From NCBI GenBank assembly GCA_964016885.1, contig OZ024745.1, positions 99,014,001-99,078,000 of the forward strand: DNA of 64,000 bases, read 5' to 3'. Source of the DNA: Eledone cirrhosa. Its lineage: Eukaryota. Of the stretch, positions 26,593 to 40,311 are shown piece by piece. A program made the translations under genes and the position numbers. Numbering within the stretch: the first letter of the stretch is position 1; the number at the start of each line of letters is the position of its first letter. A model generated the notes under the pieces. The model did not search any database and was not told the origin of the DNA. It worked only from the letters and a program-made list of their open reading frames with translations.

Positions 26593-27349
26593 TACTTTCT
26601 TTCTAACTAAACTATTGGTGGATATCAATGAAAGAAAGAAAAGTAGTATTTTCAAAAAGTTTATCATTGGAAGATATGAAGCAAATTGTCAACTAATTTA
26701 AAGATTGATGATATTGAAAAATTACAAAAACAAAACAAAAAATACATGAAAATATCCTTAAAACATACATTCCTATGAAATTTGTAGAGAATTCAGACTT
26801 GGCACAAAGTTGAAATTAGATTCACAAAGAACTGCAAACATATCAGGAATAATACTGTTGATTTGTAATACACACCTCTTCTTTGACAATTTTGTTATTA
26901 TAAAGAGGGGGGGGGGGGGGGGGGCGTGAGGATTGAAAATTGGATGGACAAATTGCCATGTTTAATAAAAATTAAGATATTTTTCTTTAACAGCTATAAT
27001 TCTATTATGATATAATTTTATCATAATATTATGTTATAAAATATAACTATTTTATCTTGTTAATAAAGTGGGGAGAACCAAACAAGCTAATATTTTTTGG
27101 TGTGGGTGGTGGTCTGGCACTTGGCTGTTTGAGAAACCCTGTTCTAGAACACATTCTAAAAAAAGTGCCAAATATTCAACCTCCAACATTCTACAAACAC
27201 AGGTACCAAGATACGTTTCTTCTCTGTCTCTTCTACTACACCTATGAAATTTAGTACTCACATTGATACAGGTTTAGCTGGCCTTCTACAAGGTATCTTA
27301 TAGAGGGTTTCTTGGGTTTTAATTATAGGAGCCTAAGTAATAATTTAAT

Positions 27350-27470
27350 GAAAAGCAACATGAAATGAAACACCTTGCTCAAAAACACAACATGCTGCTC
27401 CAGGAATCAAACCCACAACTTTATGATTGTGAGTCCAACTAATACCCTAACCATTAAGCCCAAAGCCTTC
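27350..27470 (-). mobile_element. CORE-like SINE 5' fragment
   Basis: AGCAACATGAAATGAAACACCTTGCTCAA...CCCTAACCATTAAGCC. Confidence 0.6.
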
Positions 27471-27567
27471 ATGTTTCTACTAAACCTACAATAACATCTA
27501 CTCTTCTGAACTAACATTCTACATATAACAATTACCTGAATTCACTTGATGAAATTGCCTCACTTAA

Positions 27568-27740
27568 CCCTTTTGATACTAAACTGCCCAAAACTACCTC
27601 TTCTGATACAAAGCTGTTTGTTTTAAAGTGTTTATATTTATTCAAAAACCTTCCATCACTACTTTATGTAACAACTGTTATTAAATTATGCTCAAAATGG
27701 TGACTTAATAACAAGATTGTATATTATTAAATTCCTTCAT
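27568..27740. mobile_element. Left part of a piggyBac-like MITE (family B) running into the tandem array
   Basis: TTAA-CCCTTTTGATACTAAACTGCC, colinear with the copy at 32822-33058 up to the start of the array. Confidence 0.75.
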
Positions 27741-29531
27741 AACAGTGGCTTGATAACAAGACAGCTAGTTATATTACTAAATCTCTTCATAACAGTAGCT
27801 TAATAACAAGACACCTAGTTATATTACTAAATCTCTTCATAACAGTAGCTTAATAACAAGACAGCTAGTTATATTACTAAATCTCTTCATAACAGTAGTT
27901 TAATAACAAGTTAGTTATATTACTAAATCTCTTCATTAACAAGACAGCTAGTTATATTACTAAATCTCTTCATAACAGTAGCTTAATAACAAGTTAGTTA
28001 TATTACTAAATCTCTTCATAACAGTGGCTTAATAACAAGTTAGTTATATTACTAAATCTCTTCATAACAGTGGCTTGATAACAAGACAGCTAGTTATATT
28101 ACTAAATCTCTTCATAACAGTAGCTTAATAACAAGACAGTTATATTACTAAATCCTTTCATAACAGTGGCTTAATAACAAGTTAGTTATATTACTAAATC
28201 CTTTCATAACAGTGGCTTAATAACAAGTTAGTTATATTACTAAATCTCTTCATAACAGTAGCTTAATAACAAGACAGTTATATTACTAAATCCTTTCATA
28301 ACAGTGGCTTAATAACAAGTTAGTTATATTACTAAATCCTTTCATAACAGTGGCTTAATAACAAGTTAGTTATATTACTAAATCCCTTCATAACAGTGGC
28401 TTAATAACAAGTTAGTTATATAACTAAATCTCTTCATAACAGTAGCTTAATAACAAGTTAGTTATATTACTAAATCTCTTCATAACAGTGGCTTGATAAC
28501 AAGACACCTAGTTATATTACTAAATCTCTTCATAACAGTAGCTTAATAACAAGACAGTTATATTACTAAATCCCTTCATAACAGTGGCTTAATAACAAGT
28601 TAGTTATATTACTAAATATCTTCATAACAGTAGCTTAATAACAAGACAGCTAGTTATATTACTAAATCTCTTCATAACAGTGGCTTGATAACAAGACAGT
28701 TATATTACTAAATCTCTTCATAACAGTAGTTTAATAACAAGTTAGTTATGTTACTAAATCTCTTCATAACAGTAGCTTAATAACAAGTTAGTTATATTAC
28801 TAAATCTCTTCATAACAGTGGCTTGATAACAAGACAGCTAGTTATATTACTAAATCTCTTCATAACAGTAGCTTAATAACAAGACAGCTGGTTATATTAC
28901 TAAATCTCTTCATAACAGTAGCTTAATAACAAGACAGTTATATTACTAAATCTCTTCATAACAGTAGCTTAATAACAAGACAGCTAGTTATATTACTAAA
29001 TCTCTTCATAACAGTAGCTTAATAACAAGACAGCTAGTTATATTACTAAATCTCTTCATAACAGTAGCTTAATAACAAGACAGTTATATTACTAAATCCC
29101 TTCATAACAGTAGCTTAATAACAAGACAATTATATTACTAAATCTCTTCATAACAGTAGCTTAATAACAAGACAGTTATATTACTAAATCCCTTCATAAC
29201 AGTGGCTTAATAACAAGTTAGTTATATTACTAAATATCTTCATAACAGTAGCTTAATAACAAGACAGCTAGTTATATTACTAAATCTCTTCATAACAGTG
29301 GCTTGATAACAAGACAGCTAGTTATATTACTAAATCTCTTCATAACAGTAGCTTAATAACAAGTTAGTTATATTACTAAATCTCTTCATAACAGTAGCTT
29401 AATAACAAGTTAGTTATATTACTAAATCTCTTCATAACAGTAGCTTAATAACAAGTTAGTTATATTACTAAATCTCTTCATAACAGTAGCTTAATAACAA
29501 GACAACTAGTTATATTACTAAATCCCTTCAT
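27701..29531. repeat. Minisatellite array, about 39 units of 46 or 50 bp
   Basis: Unit AACAGT(A/G)GCTT(A/G)ATAACAAG[ACAGCTAG|ACAG|TTAG]TTATATTACTAAATCTCTTCAT. Units are head-to-tail with no unique spacers. Confidence 0.97.
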
Positions 29532-29869
29532 AATCTCTCTCCATAAATAACTGACCTAGAAACAACAATATACACAGGTTCTAGCTGAAGTTCTTTTTTT
29601 TATTTCATAATATATGTGTGACACTTTTTGCTTTTCATATTGTAATAAATAAATAGATAAAAGATAGAAAATAAAATGGTCACACAAGATATAGAGACTG
29701 AATGTACAATAGAGGATTTTTTTCTCTCTAGTCCATAGATGTATTAATATTTAAATCTGAAATGTTGCTCACAGTCACATGTCCCAGTTAATAATCACCA
29801 GACAGTTGTCCAATCATCAGGGATAATGTGTGAAACTAATTGACAATTATTACATTTTTAAAATTGCTA

Positions 29870-30257
29870 ATATGATACCTGTTTACGTACAAAGTGATAT
29901 GTTACATGGGAATGAGGCATATGTATTGAATGCAGTGGTTAGAAAGAAATGAGGCTAGCTTGCTTTGCTGGAAGTGTAATGTGTGCATAAGAGGAAGATA
30001 CAATGTTCAAAAGTGAAGATTGCACTGGTGTTGATATGTGATGTGTTTGGATGATGATTGTTGGGTGAAAAAGTACAACATATTACTAGCAAGAAGAAAC
30101 TACAAAAGATGAAGACCAAAGAAAAGCTGGGCAGAATTGGCAAGTGCTGATCTCAAGGGAGAGTGGGTAACAAAGGAACAGAACAAATGGAGGAAAGCAG
30201 TGCTGGATGAGACACATCCATCTAATGGAAAAACAGATGTAAACATGTTGGTGATAG
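29870..30257 (+). mobile_element. Highly decayed RTE LINE 3' portion
   Basis: Decayed YDTC..MLHGNE..LHWC..WRKAVL motifs, then CATCCATCTAATGGAAAAACAGATGTAAA. Confidence 0.6.
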
Positions 30258-32134
30258 ATGTACACAAATATATTTTAAAAAGATGTATTTCAAGCATGTT
30301 TGTCTATATAAGAATCTTTACATAAATAGTAGTTGCACTTTTTAATACTCTCATTTACAACATAAACTGAAGGCTCAGTTCAAAAGGATAAACTACTGTA
30401 AATGAATGAATTGGTAAACAGGCCATTTCTGTATGTTTTTAACTTCATGCTCTGAGCCAAATTCTACATTAGAAGAGTAACTGTCATAAATTTGAATATG
30501 ACTCCAGCTAAAATCATAAACATAATTGTAAATTTGTATATTAATATCTGGTTACATTGAACAAAGCAGCTAAATTAAACTGAGCTGTTCTAGAACAATA
30601 AAAACTACTTTGAACAAAACAGTTAAATTAAACTGAATTGTTCTAGAACAACAATAACAAATATTTGTGGAAGAGATCTTTTTCCCCCCTAGAAAAAAGA
30701 CAAAATTATTTATGGTTGACATTTGCAAATAAATGTTGATTTTTAATTTTAGTCAACATCATCGAAATTAAGTTAACTCAACCTGTATCTTATACAGTTG
30801 TTATAATGTCCTGTTTCCTTGATCTTTCTTTTTAAATGCTACTACCAGTTAAATCCAAACTTTCAAGTCAACAAAAGAGCTTGTACATAGCTGTTCAACT
30901 TGGTAGAATTAACAGCCAATTCTCCCTCAAACCATGTCCTATTGTTTTTCGAAAAAAAGGCAATATTAAATAATGTAGTCTTAGATACACTATATCTGGA
31001 AAAGAAAAGTTGGTCACAATTGGTATATCAATTATTTAAGTTTGCTGTTTCAGGGCTGACTTGGGGATAAAGAACAACAATCTTAATCTTACTGCAAGCT
31101 TCTCAATAGAGTAAAAAATAAAACTATGTCCAAATAACTAAGATCTCCAATAACGAGAAACTTAATAAGCTTTAAATTTAAACAGTATATAGCCTGAATA
31201 TACAAGTAAAATTGCAACTTTAATTTATTTCTATGTAATGTGGTAAAATCTCAAGATCAAACAGAAAAAGTTAAACTCTTATCCTTATTCCATTTAGTTC
31301 AAATAAGCTGTTGAGGGGAGGAGGGGGAAGAAGGGGGAGGAGAGAAAGAGAGAGGAATAGGGGGTGAGATGAGCCAAGAAATAAGAGTCCAAATGGATTT
31401 TATCCCCATGATTAGAATGCAAGCATAAATTATCTTGTAAATAGCTTTTATTAGCCTAAAGCTGATATTTTATTGGCTTGCAATTACTATCTGCACTGCA
31501 ACATAATTGACCAAATCAACAACCAATCACATGATTGAAAACACACATCGATATTTAAACATATACATACGCAATAATATTTTAGAAAAAAATATATATA
31601 ATAAAAGTGTTTTGATACATCTAGAAATACATATATATATTTTAGGACTATAAATAAATAAATAACACTCTGATTTTCTTTTTCTCATTATATAATACTT
31701 GGCAAATCAGATATTTAAGAAAATCTTCAGAAAATGATTTAAAGAGAAAAGTTTTTTTAATTTCAAAATAATTACAGTTGTCTTTCAGAATTTCACTTTC
31801 AACCATTAAAGTTTCATTCATGGTATTGGAACACGCATAGAATGGATAAAAAAAAAAGGAGGAAAAACCATTTTGCCAGTCTAAAATGCTATTCTAGAGA
31901 TAATTATAAACATTGGGTGTATTGTAGTGGGTAGGAATTATTAGTAAGGAATTTCTGAAGGGCATATTACTAATTACTGATTTGACAGAGTAACTTACCT
32001 TGCTTAATGTTTGTAAATAGGGTTCTAAATTCCCTGACTACAGCACCTTAAATTATCTGTGTATGCTTCAGTGAACAGGAAAATAGAGGGTTGGTCAGAC
32101 TTTAAACTGAAGGCCATTGACAAAATAATAATAA

Positions 32135-32324
32135 TTGTTTCTACTTTTGGCACAAGGCCAGCAATTACCCAGTACATTACTAGTACTTTATTTCATCGAC
32201 CCCCGTAAGGATGAAAGGCAAAGTTAACCTCAACGGGATTTGAACTCAAACCGTAAAGGGATGTAACTATGCTAGAAAGCATGGTGTCTGACCCTCTACC
32301 GATACTGCCAATTTACCGCCCTCT
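32135..32324 (-). mobile_element. Deu/Nin-like SINE, full length
   Basis: Same sequence family as 10549. Flanked by AAAATAATAATAA at 32122-32134 and 32325-32337. Confidence 0.88.
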
Positions 32325-32821
32325 AAAATAATAATAACAATTGAAGGATAGTTAAAGATACAGAAAATAGTGCTGACACTGGCCGTGTCTTGAGAAAGGC
32401 ATAATTTAAATACCTTGCAAAGACATTGACTGTTGTTGTGACCTTGTAGCATCATTTATATGACAATTATAAAATATGTGTATTACCAAATTTTGCCTCA
32501 GGTGTCAGGTTGACACTCGGCATGATTTGAGAAAGAAGCATAATTCAAAGGAACTTTGAAATAACAATAATAATAAAAACATTATAATCATACATGTTTT
32601 TCATGCTGGCATGGGTTGGATGGGTTGCCACAGTCCAAGATTATTTTCTTTTAAGACCAATAGTTTACCAGGTATGCAAACCTCCCCTCTGTACATCACT
32701 GATGTTTCATTTTTGTTATAAATAATTAATTCAGTTCTTTATACCTTACATAGTCAAGAGTAATTTTTTCAAAAATAGTAAAAATATATTTTTTAAATTA
32801 CTACTAAAATAGTTTTATTAA

Positions 32822-33058
32822 CTTTTTGATATCTAACTGCCTGGAATGTCACTGTTTAAACAATACAAAACTGTTTTTTTTTTAAATGTTTATATTCCTC
32901 TAAAATCTTTCCATCATAATTTTATGTAAGAACCTTTATTAAGCTATGCTCAAAACACCAACTTAATATTGACAAAGTTGGTTCTGCTATTAAACCCCAA
33001 CAAATTCTTCATTATTTTTAAATAGGCAGTCTTTCATTAACAATATGGTAACGAAGGG
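32822..33058. mobile_element. piggyBac-like MITE (family B)
   Basis: TTAA-CTTTTTGATATC ... GGTAACGAAGGG-CTAA, with internal family motifs. Confidence 0.65.
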
Positions 33059-34387
33059 CTAACCCTTACAATAGTAACAGTTTTGTTTGTAAGACATTAT
33101 ATGGGTAGATGAAACTAACATTAGTCACCAGCGTCATTCTCCTGTATGTGATTGTAAAATAAAAACTAGAGTAATTAGCTGGATTACACAGTCAACAATA
33201 ACTGTATCACTTTCTTCAACTCTCACAAACAACTTGTATTAACTCCTTTGTTATTATATTTCTAATGAAAAACACTGCCAATGATATTAAATCAATTTTG
33301 ATAATAATCAAGAATTTGGTGGGATTTAGTAATATGACTAACTTTCAGTTGTTAGGATGTTGGGCAAAATGCTTGGCAACATTTATTTATGGCTATTTAC
33401 ATTCTGTATTCAAATCATACCAAGATCACCTTTGGCTTTCCCCTTCTGACCGTGTGCATTTTAAAATATAGTTTTGCTAGGAGTTGTGATTGGCAGATCA
33501 TACCAGCAATACAAAAAAAAAAAACAAAAAAAAAACCAATGGAAACATAAATGTATTTCTTAGTCTGATTTGACAATCAACTCCTTTTCTTTCTTTTTTG
33601 TATTTTATGATCATCATGGTGGAGTTAAACAGCTTTCCAAACTATGTCACAATTACTTCTTCAGATAATGATGTCAAGGTTTTCCTATGGGTTGAATAGT
33701 TCTGTATAATTTCCTATATATGTGTGTGTGTGCTTTTGTTTCACACAATTATCTATTTCTTATCTAAAGTTCTAACTTAACTTGGTCAGTGTTATCAACC
33801 TATACAGGCAGCTTATTTTTCTATCATATGTTCTATAAGCAATATACTGAGTATTTACTTGCCTATAGGGAATAAATTTGCAGTACAACTTTCAAAATAT
33901 TAGCATTTACCAGCATTATTCATGAAGAAAACAGGCCAACAAAAACCATATACACAATCAGTCGACTTGCTAGAAATAGCAGCTAAAACAATAAGGAAAA
34001 CATAATGCCAGAGCAATAATGTAATCAATGAACTATTAAAGTAAGTGATTTGAAGGATGAAGCTGGTGGTGATGGTAGTAGCAGTAATAACAGTGAAGAT
34101 CTAAATGTAATCTTGCCTTACATCTAGAGCTATATGAGAATAATAACGTATATGAATTGTCAAACAAACAAAATGATAATCATGAAAATATGTTAACATG
34201 TCAAAACTTGCATCCCAATCTGTATATCATTCATTAGATGGATTTATGATGTAAATTGTTTTAGTTCAATAGCCACACTATATACCTGAGTTTAGGTTAT
34301 ATTTGCTTAGCAACAAGTTCAGAATGAATACTACTAGTGCTACTATTTCACAAGAAATTAAATGCCATCAACTATGGAATACCAGCT

Positions 34388-34740
34388 ATCATCATTGTCA
34401 TTTTAAAATCCACTTTGATATGAATTTGATAAGTTGTCAGGGTTTGAGATCAGACAGGTCAGAGCGACCTCATCTTGACAATATGTTCTGTATTTGGCAA
34501 GGTTTCTATGGATGGATGCCTTTCCTAACTCCAACTACAATACACCATGTGCTGGGTGCATTTAAATCTTGACACTAGCAGTAGTACTTTATAGAGTGGA
34601 CTAGGTGTGTTTTATTGTGGCAGCAGTACCAACACTTTACAAAGTGGACTGGGTGTGTTTTATCCTGGCACCAAGCACTACCATATTACAGAGTGAACCA
34701 GGTGCATATTATCATAGGACCAGCACTAGAGAGATTGTCA
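34388..34740 (-). mobile_element. RTE 3' UTR fragment with repeated subunits of about 40 bp
   Basis: GGTTTCTATGGATGGATGCCTTTCCTAAC followed by several ACTTTA..AGTGGACT.GGTGTGTTT subunits. Confidence 0.6.
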
Positions 34741-37479
34741 AAGCAGAGTCTTTCATTAGAAATAAAGTAACAAAAGAGTTAAATGATCATTTCATCATGT
34801 TAATTTAATGGAAAGGGTTTACAGGAATGACCGCCAGATGAATTAGTGACCTGGATGAAGTAAAAGCGAATGACTGAAATAAAAGAAAAAGACTGAAAAT
34901 AAAGGGTTTCAGGGTAGCAAATGTAAAACTATTCTATTCCAGATGTTGGTTATTTGTTTCAATGTTATAATTGTTAGTTTTTCAAGTAGTCTTTCCAGCC
35001 ACCTGCATAAACCACTTAAAATATTTAACCCAAAACATAATTGCAATAATCACCATTACCATACTTAACATATTAATGCTTTCTGGTTTTGATTATGTTA
35101 GTTGATCTAAATTCAAGCCTTCAAGTTTAAATATCCTTTCCCAACAACATCCTGATTCACACTGATACATTGATTTGCAATACAGAACACCTCATACCTT
35201 AAAGGGTAGCATCGGCAGGGGTAGTGGGATAAAATAGATTTAATCTTGGGGAATAATGATCATCATCATTTTATGTCTGCTTTTCCCTGCTTGCAAGGGT
35301 GGGACGATGCTTAGATAAGATATATAAGCACAAATCAGTATAGGCTAAAAAAAATTTTTTAATAATAAAAATCATAATTGAAAACTGACTACACAAACGA
35401 ATGTGGGGACATCTGTATGATTGCTCAATCTGTTAGATATAACAGCCAAATCTCATTCACAAGAGTCATATTACCCTATATACTCGGATATAGGCTGACC
35501 CCCACCCCCATTTTATGTCTGAGAAATAGGCAAAAATTCAAACCCATGAGTTTCCATTATGTTACATTTCAACAGGTTTCCCGAATTTTTATTTACTTCC
35601 ATCCACTCACATGCTAGGAGTACTTTGAAAGCAAAAGATTGAATAAGAGAACTTTGTGTAGTGATTTATAGAGTAGAAGAAGGGAGGGATAGCAAGTAAG
35701 ACAGAGAGGAGAGACAGATTGGAAAAAAGAAAGTGAGATCGAAAAAGGAGAGTGGGCAAGAACAGTAAAATAAAATCAGAAGTAAAATTGAAAGAAAAAA
35801 TATTGCCAGAGAAAAACATGCATGTGAGTGTGTGCATGTGTGTATATGTGTGAGTGTATGTGTATGGTGATATTTAGGTATTAAAAAGTTCAAATTATAA
35901 AAATTTGTAGGAAATATTTTCAAGGGAATGCATAAATAACACCAACGATGATGTAATAAATGTAGAAAAACAGTGTTTCATTGTAAATAATCACTCCAGA
36001 TATTTTAGCATCTTATTTACGCAGAATTTAAAGTCGGTGAAAATCGTCAAAATATTGACCCCGAATATAAGCCAATCCTCCATTTTACCATCGATTTTTT
36101 GGTCACATATTCCTCAGCTTATATTTGTCTTTTTGAAGCCCCAAGCACTTAAAAGATTATGGTTTCCACCCCATAAAAATTATTTTTTTGAAATGATATA
36201 TAAATGGTTGCACATCTTCCCTTGATGCTCTAAACATATGCTTATTTTGCTTAATGGTTAATCCAGCACTCCTACACATCACACCCAGCCATCTTATAAA
36301 AAAATAGACAAATTGGTTAATGTACTCTTAGGTAGAATATGTCTAAAGACAGGATTGTCACAGCTGGAACTCCTTTGATCATGTTTGCTTGATGAAGGCT
36401 ACCATGGGGCCAAACTTCAACTGAGAACGAACATTAACTCAACAACAGGCCTTTAAATTTAAGCAGTTAATCAAGATATCCTGACACTAAATGTACAGTT
36501 TAGTTCCAGCAACTAAGCACGGCCTATAGCATAAAACTAATAGTTTAGTATTTCTCAATTGTGTAAAGCAACATGAAAAGTAAATTAAAGCTTACATTAA
36601 TTTTTGTAAAAATATAAAAAATTAAAAAAACACAAAAAAAACAACACATAAATCCGAAAGTGAAGAACAAATTAAACTGCATAAAAGGAAACTGAATGTA
36701 ATTTAGGAAATCCTGCCATTTCAGAAAACTATCACATAATACTTTAAAAGAGAAAAAAATGTGAGGCCATTATTGGAGACCAATATAATTATCTGGAACT
36801 ACTGGTGTGACTTTCATTGCAATAACATAGCAGTAAGGTTTTTCTCTTGTAGCAGAATTTTCTTGTGTTTGTTTGTTTTTTAATCAAAATATATTAAAAG
36901 CTCAAGAAGATATGTATCAAACAATACAATGAATTAGATAATGATTTTGATCACATGAAACACACATACAAGATTAAAAAAATGTTCTTTTTTTTTTTAG
37001 TTTGTTTTAACTACTTTACAGTAGTTATATGCATTGCCAATATTCTATATGATGTAAAAAAAAAAAGATTAATTTGTTGATATTTAGTCATTTTATTTAT
37101 TGTTACCAACTCTTAATGACTTATTCTTCAAAATACGTTTGATCTATTTTGTCATTAATTCTTCATGGTGAGACCACACTTTGCTAAGGAAATTCAATTT
37201 CATGTTATTGTAATCCTTATATATCTGTTGTAATATACATTTTTATTCTATCCTAGAGTAAATTTGTTATGTCTATTTGGCTAAGTCATTACACACTTAA
37301 CATATATTCAGAATTGTACGTTAAAAGTAAGAGTAACAGCAATGAGTAATAATTCCAATAATAAAATCTTTTCTGGAAAACATTAGGAACTCTGACACTA
37401 AGATGAAAAGAGACATTATAACAATATTAACTAAGTTCAGCTTTACATATGCCTCTTGGGTGGTCTTTCTTCCTTCACC

Positions 37480-37708
37480 TTTTTCACACCAAACCTCCAT
37501 GGTTCTTTGGTGCAAAACTGTTAGTTTTAAACTGTTTGTATTTATCTAGAAACTTTTTATCATACTTTTTATGTAAAAACTAAGTTATGCCCCAAATACC
37601 AACTTAATGAGGAAATTAGTTTTATAACTAAATCCCTCCAAATTCTTGATTATTTTCAAAATGATTAGAAAATCATAAGTAGTGTCTTTCATTAGAAATC
37701 GAAAGGGT
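37480..37708. mobile_element. piggyBac-like MITE (family B), decayed, with duplicated right terminus
   Basis: Family motifs are present, and ATCGAAAGGGTTAAACCTATA occurs twice (about 37698 and 37728). Confidence 0.5.
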
Positions 37709-37872
37709 TAAACCTATACTACCAGCTATCGAAAGGGTTAAACCTATAATTCATTTCACATAAAACAGACAATTTGAATTATGTTTTTGTGGGAATGAAT
37801 GAGAGCTCAAAAAAGAGCCATAATGTTCTATGTGGTGTAAGAAGAGGGAAAAAGGACTGGTCTATTAATTCA

Positions 37873-38945
37873 TGCACCACATGAAACCACATTGTTGAAA
37901 AGTGCAAAACAAGTAGACTATGACTACATCAAATTAGAAATTAAAGTCTTTACTCTATCTAATACTACAAATTTTCACAAAGATGTGTCCACTAGTAAAG
38001 ATATTATAAATATATGAATTAACAAACCCATTTTTAGATATTTTGTGGTAATCAAATATTCATGATTTAAGTGCAAACCAAAAATAGTACTGATTGTTAT
38101 ATTAGCAAATATGTAATTTTGAAAGTAACTTACTGTATATACTTGAATATAAGCTGATATGAATATGTTGATCCCTATTTTATGTCTGAGAAATGGACAA
38201 AAATCCAAACCCCATGCCAATCAACACATTATGAAGGTTTGATATCTAAAATCTGTTAAGTGTCATTCAGAGTATAGTTTTTTGTTTCACAACTCCACCA
38301 TGCAATGACTTTTTTTACCATTTCATCTGTTTTATAAAGTTTTTTTAATTTTTGTTTTCTTCCAGTCATCCACATGCTGGGAGTACTTTGCTTCTTTTTT
38401 TTTTTTTTTTAATCAGACAACAATAGCACCATCTCACGAATGTAATAAATGTTTAATAAACACGTTGAATGAAATGCATGCTTTGAAAAACTTGGAAACC
38501 ATTTAACATCATACAAGTATTAAAGCTTTAGGTAGATTTTTATAATTATACCCATCTTGTGCCAGCATGCTTCCTTAACTAAAAAAAACAGTAATTCCTT
38601 AACTAAAAAAACAGTAATTTCCAAATGTTTTGAAGGCCATATTTATTCAAAACACATCAAAAACAATAGAAAAAACAAATTCCCCCTCCAAAGTGAAACC
38701 AGTGTAATATTGACCTCCAAAATGAAACCAGTGTAATATTCACCAATATAACCCAATTGTTAACTAAAAAATTTGTTTGGGAATGTTCTCAAAGGAATAT
38801 ATAAATAATTCTGATGATGGTGTAATAAATGTAAAAAAAAAAACCCATTTCGTTGTAAAATAATTTAGATATTGACCTCAAATATAAGTCATCCCCCATT
38901 CTACCATCGACTTTTTTATTTTGTTACATAGTTCTCAGCTTATAT
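37873..38945 (+). repeat. Unclassified dispersed repeat of about 1 kb
   Basis: Segments match 35500-35630 (ATTTTATGTCTGAGAAAT...CACATGCT.GGAGTACTTTG), 35915-36125 (GATG.TGTAATAAATGTA...CTCAGCTTATAT) and 58225-58842. Confidence 0.7.
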
Positions 38946-39104
38946 ACAAGTATACATGGAACTTATATTAGACTGTGCATCGAAGTCCCCAATTTTTTCA
39001 GCATTATACTAGTTTATAGATAAATGGAGCTGTTTATTATTCTATAAGTGCATACACAGAATGTTATCAACATGTGTTGAATATAAAACTTCAGTTACAG
39101 AGTC

Positions 39105-39447
39105 CATCATCATCATCATCATTTTACGTCCGCTTTTCCCTGCTTGCAAGGGTGGGACGGGAACTGATTCTGGCTTGATTTCTACAGCTGGATGCCCTTC
39201 CTAACACCAACCTCATTTACAGTGAGTGCTGGGTGCTTTTTTGCCGTGACACCTCCACGACCACTTTGCAGTGGAATGATATGGACCCCAGTTCCTATCA
39301 TCTCATTTCTACAGCTGAGTAAACTGGAGCAATTTGAAATAAAGTGTCTTGCTCAAGGAAACAACACATCACCCGGTCTGATAATTGAACTCACAACCTT
39401 TCGATTGCAAGGCCAACAATGCTCTAACCACTAAACCATGTGCCTCC
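39105..39447 (-). mobile_element. Full-length tRNA/CORE-like SINE with RTE-derived 3' tail
   Basis: Head GGAGGCACATGG.TTAGTGGTTAGAGCA...GAGTTCAATT, CORE-like TTCCTTGAGCAAGACACTTTATTTC, RTE 3' UTR motif and (GAT)n tail. A near-identical copy is at 61206. Confidence 0.9.
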
Positions 39448-40311
39448 ATTTACATAATTCATTTGTATACTGAACATCACCATTTTAACAACCATTTTTT
39501 CCATGCTTGCAAGAGCTCGACAAAACTTTCTGAGGCAATTTTTCTACAGTTAAATGACTTTCTTGACACTAACCCATACTACTCCTCTTTGTTGAACTGC
39601 TCGACTGCAGGACATACTGTTTATGCCAGACATAAACAAATATCACTGACAGCTTTAAACATTGTCAGCATGAAAATGGTAGTAAACTGACAAGCTTGCA
39701 TATATGCAAACACATACAAACAGTTTGTTTCTATAAAATTCACTGACAAGACATTAGTCAGCCTGAAGCTATAGTAGTGCTCAAGATGCCATGCAGTGAA
39801 CAATAGAATACTTATAAACTTTTGTTTAATGTTCTTTTAGATTATTTCCCTTTGATATAAGTATTTACTCCACCTGAGTTGTTGTCCTGAAAAAGGAGTT
39901 GGCATAAGCTGATTGTAATTGGCTTAGAAATATATATCTCATTTAAAAGAGGGACATTAGAGTCATCTTGTAATATGCTGATAAAAAAGGGAGACATCGG
40001 TGTCATTTTGTAATAACTCAAGAAATATCTGATCAAATGATTTATTTTTCAAAAACTCCAACATTCAATTATCAAACAATGACTCTTATCCCATTTTCAA
40101 TCAATGTTTAAACTAATCTTAACTCAAATCAAAATGTATATTTTTTCTAGAGTATTACAGCATGCATCACAACCCCCAGATAGACAACATAAAATTATTA
40201 CTTTTATGAACAAAATTCACAAAGATAAAAATGAAGGTACATTTTCTATTACTTATGAAATGGACTTCCAATTGTTTTGATGAGGAGTTACAGTTGTTCA
40301 ATTAAAAATAA

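Noticed and set aside
26907-26924. Poly-G run as a functional G-quadruplex
   Set aside because: It is an isolated homopolymer with unreliable length and no supporting context.
27701-29531. CRISPR array
   Set aside because: Units are contiguous with only 4-8 bp variants, there are no unique spacers or cas genes, and the context is eukaryotic.
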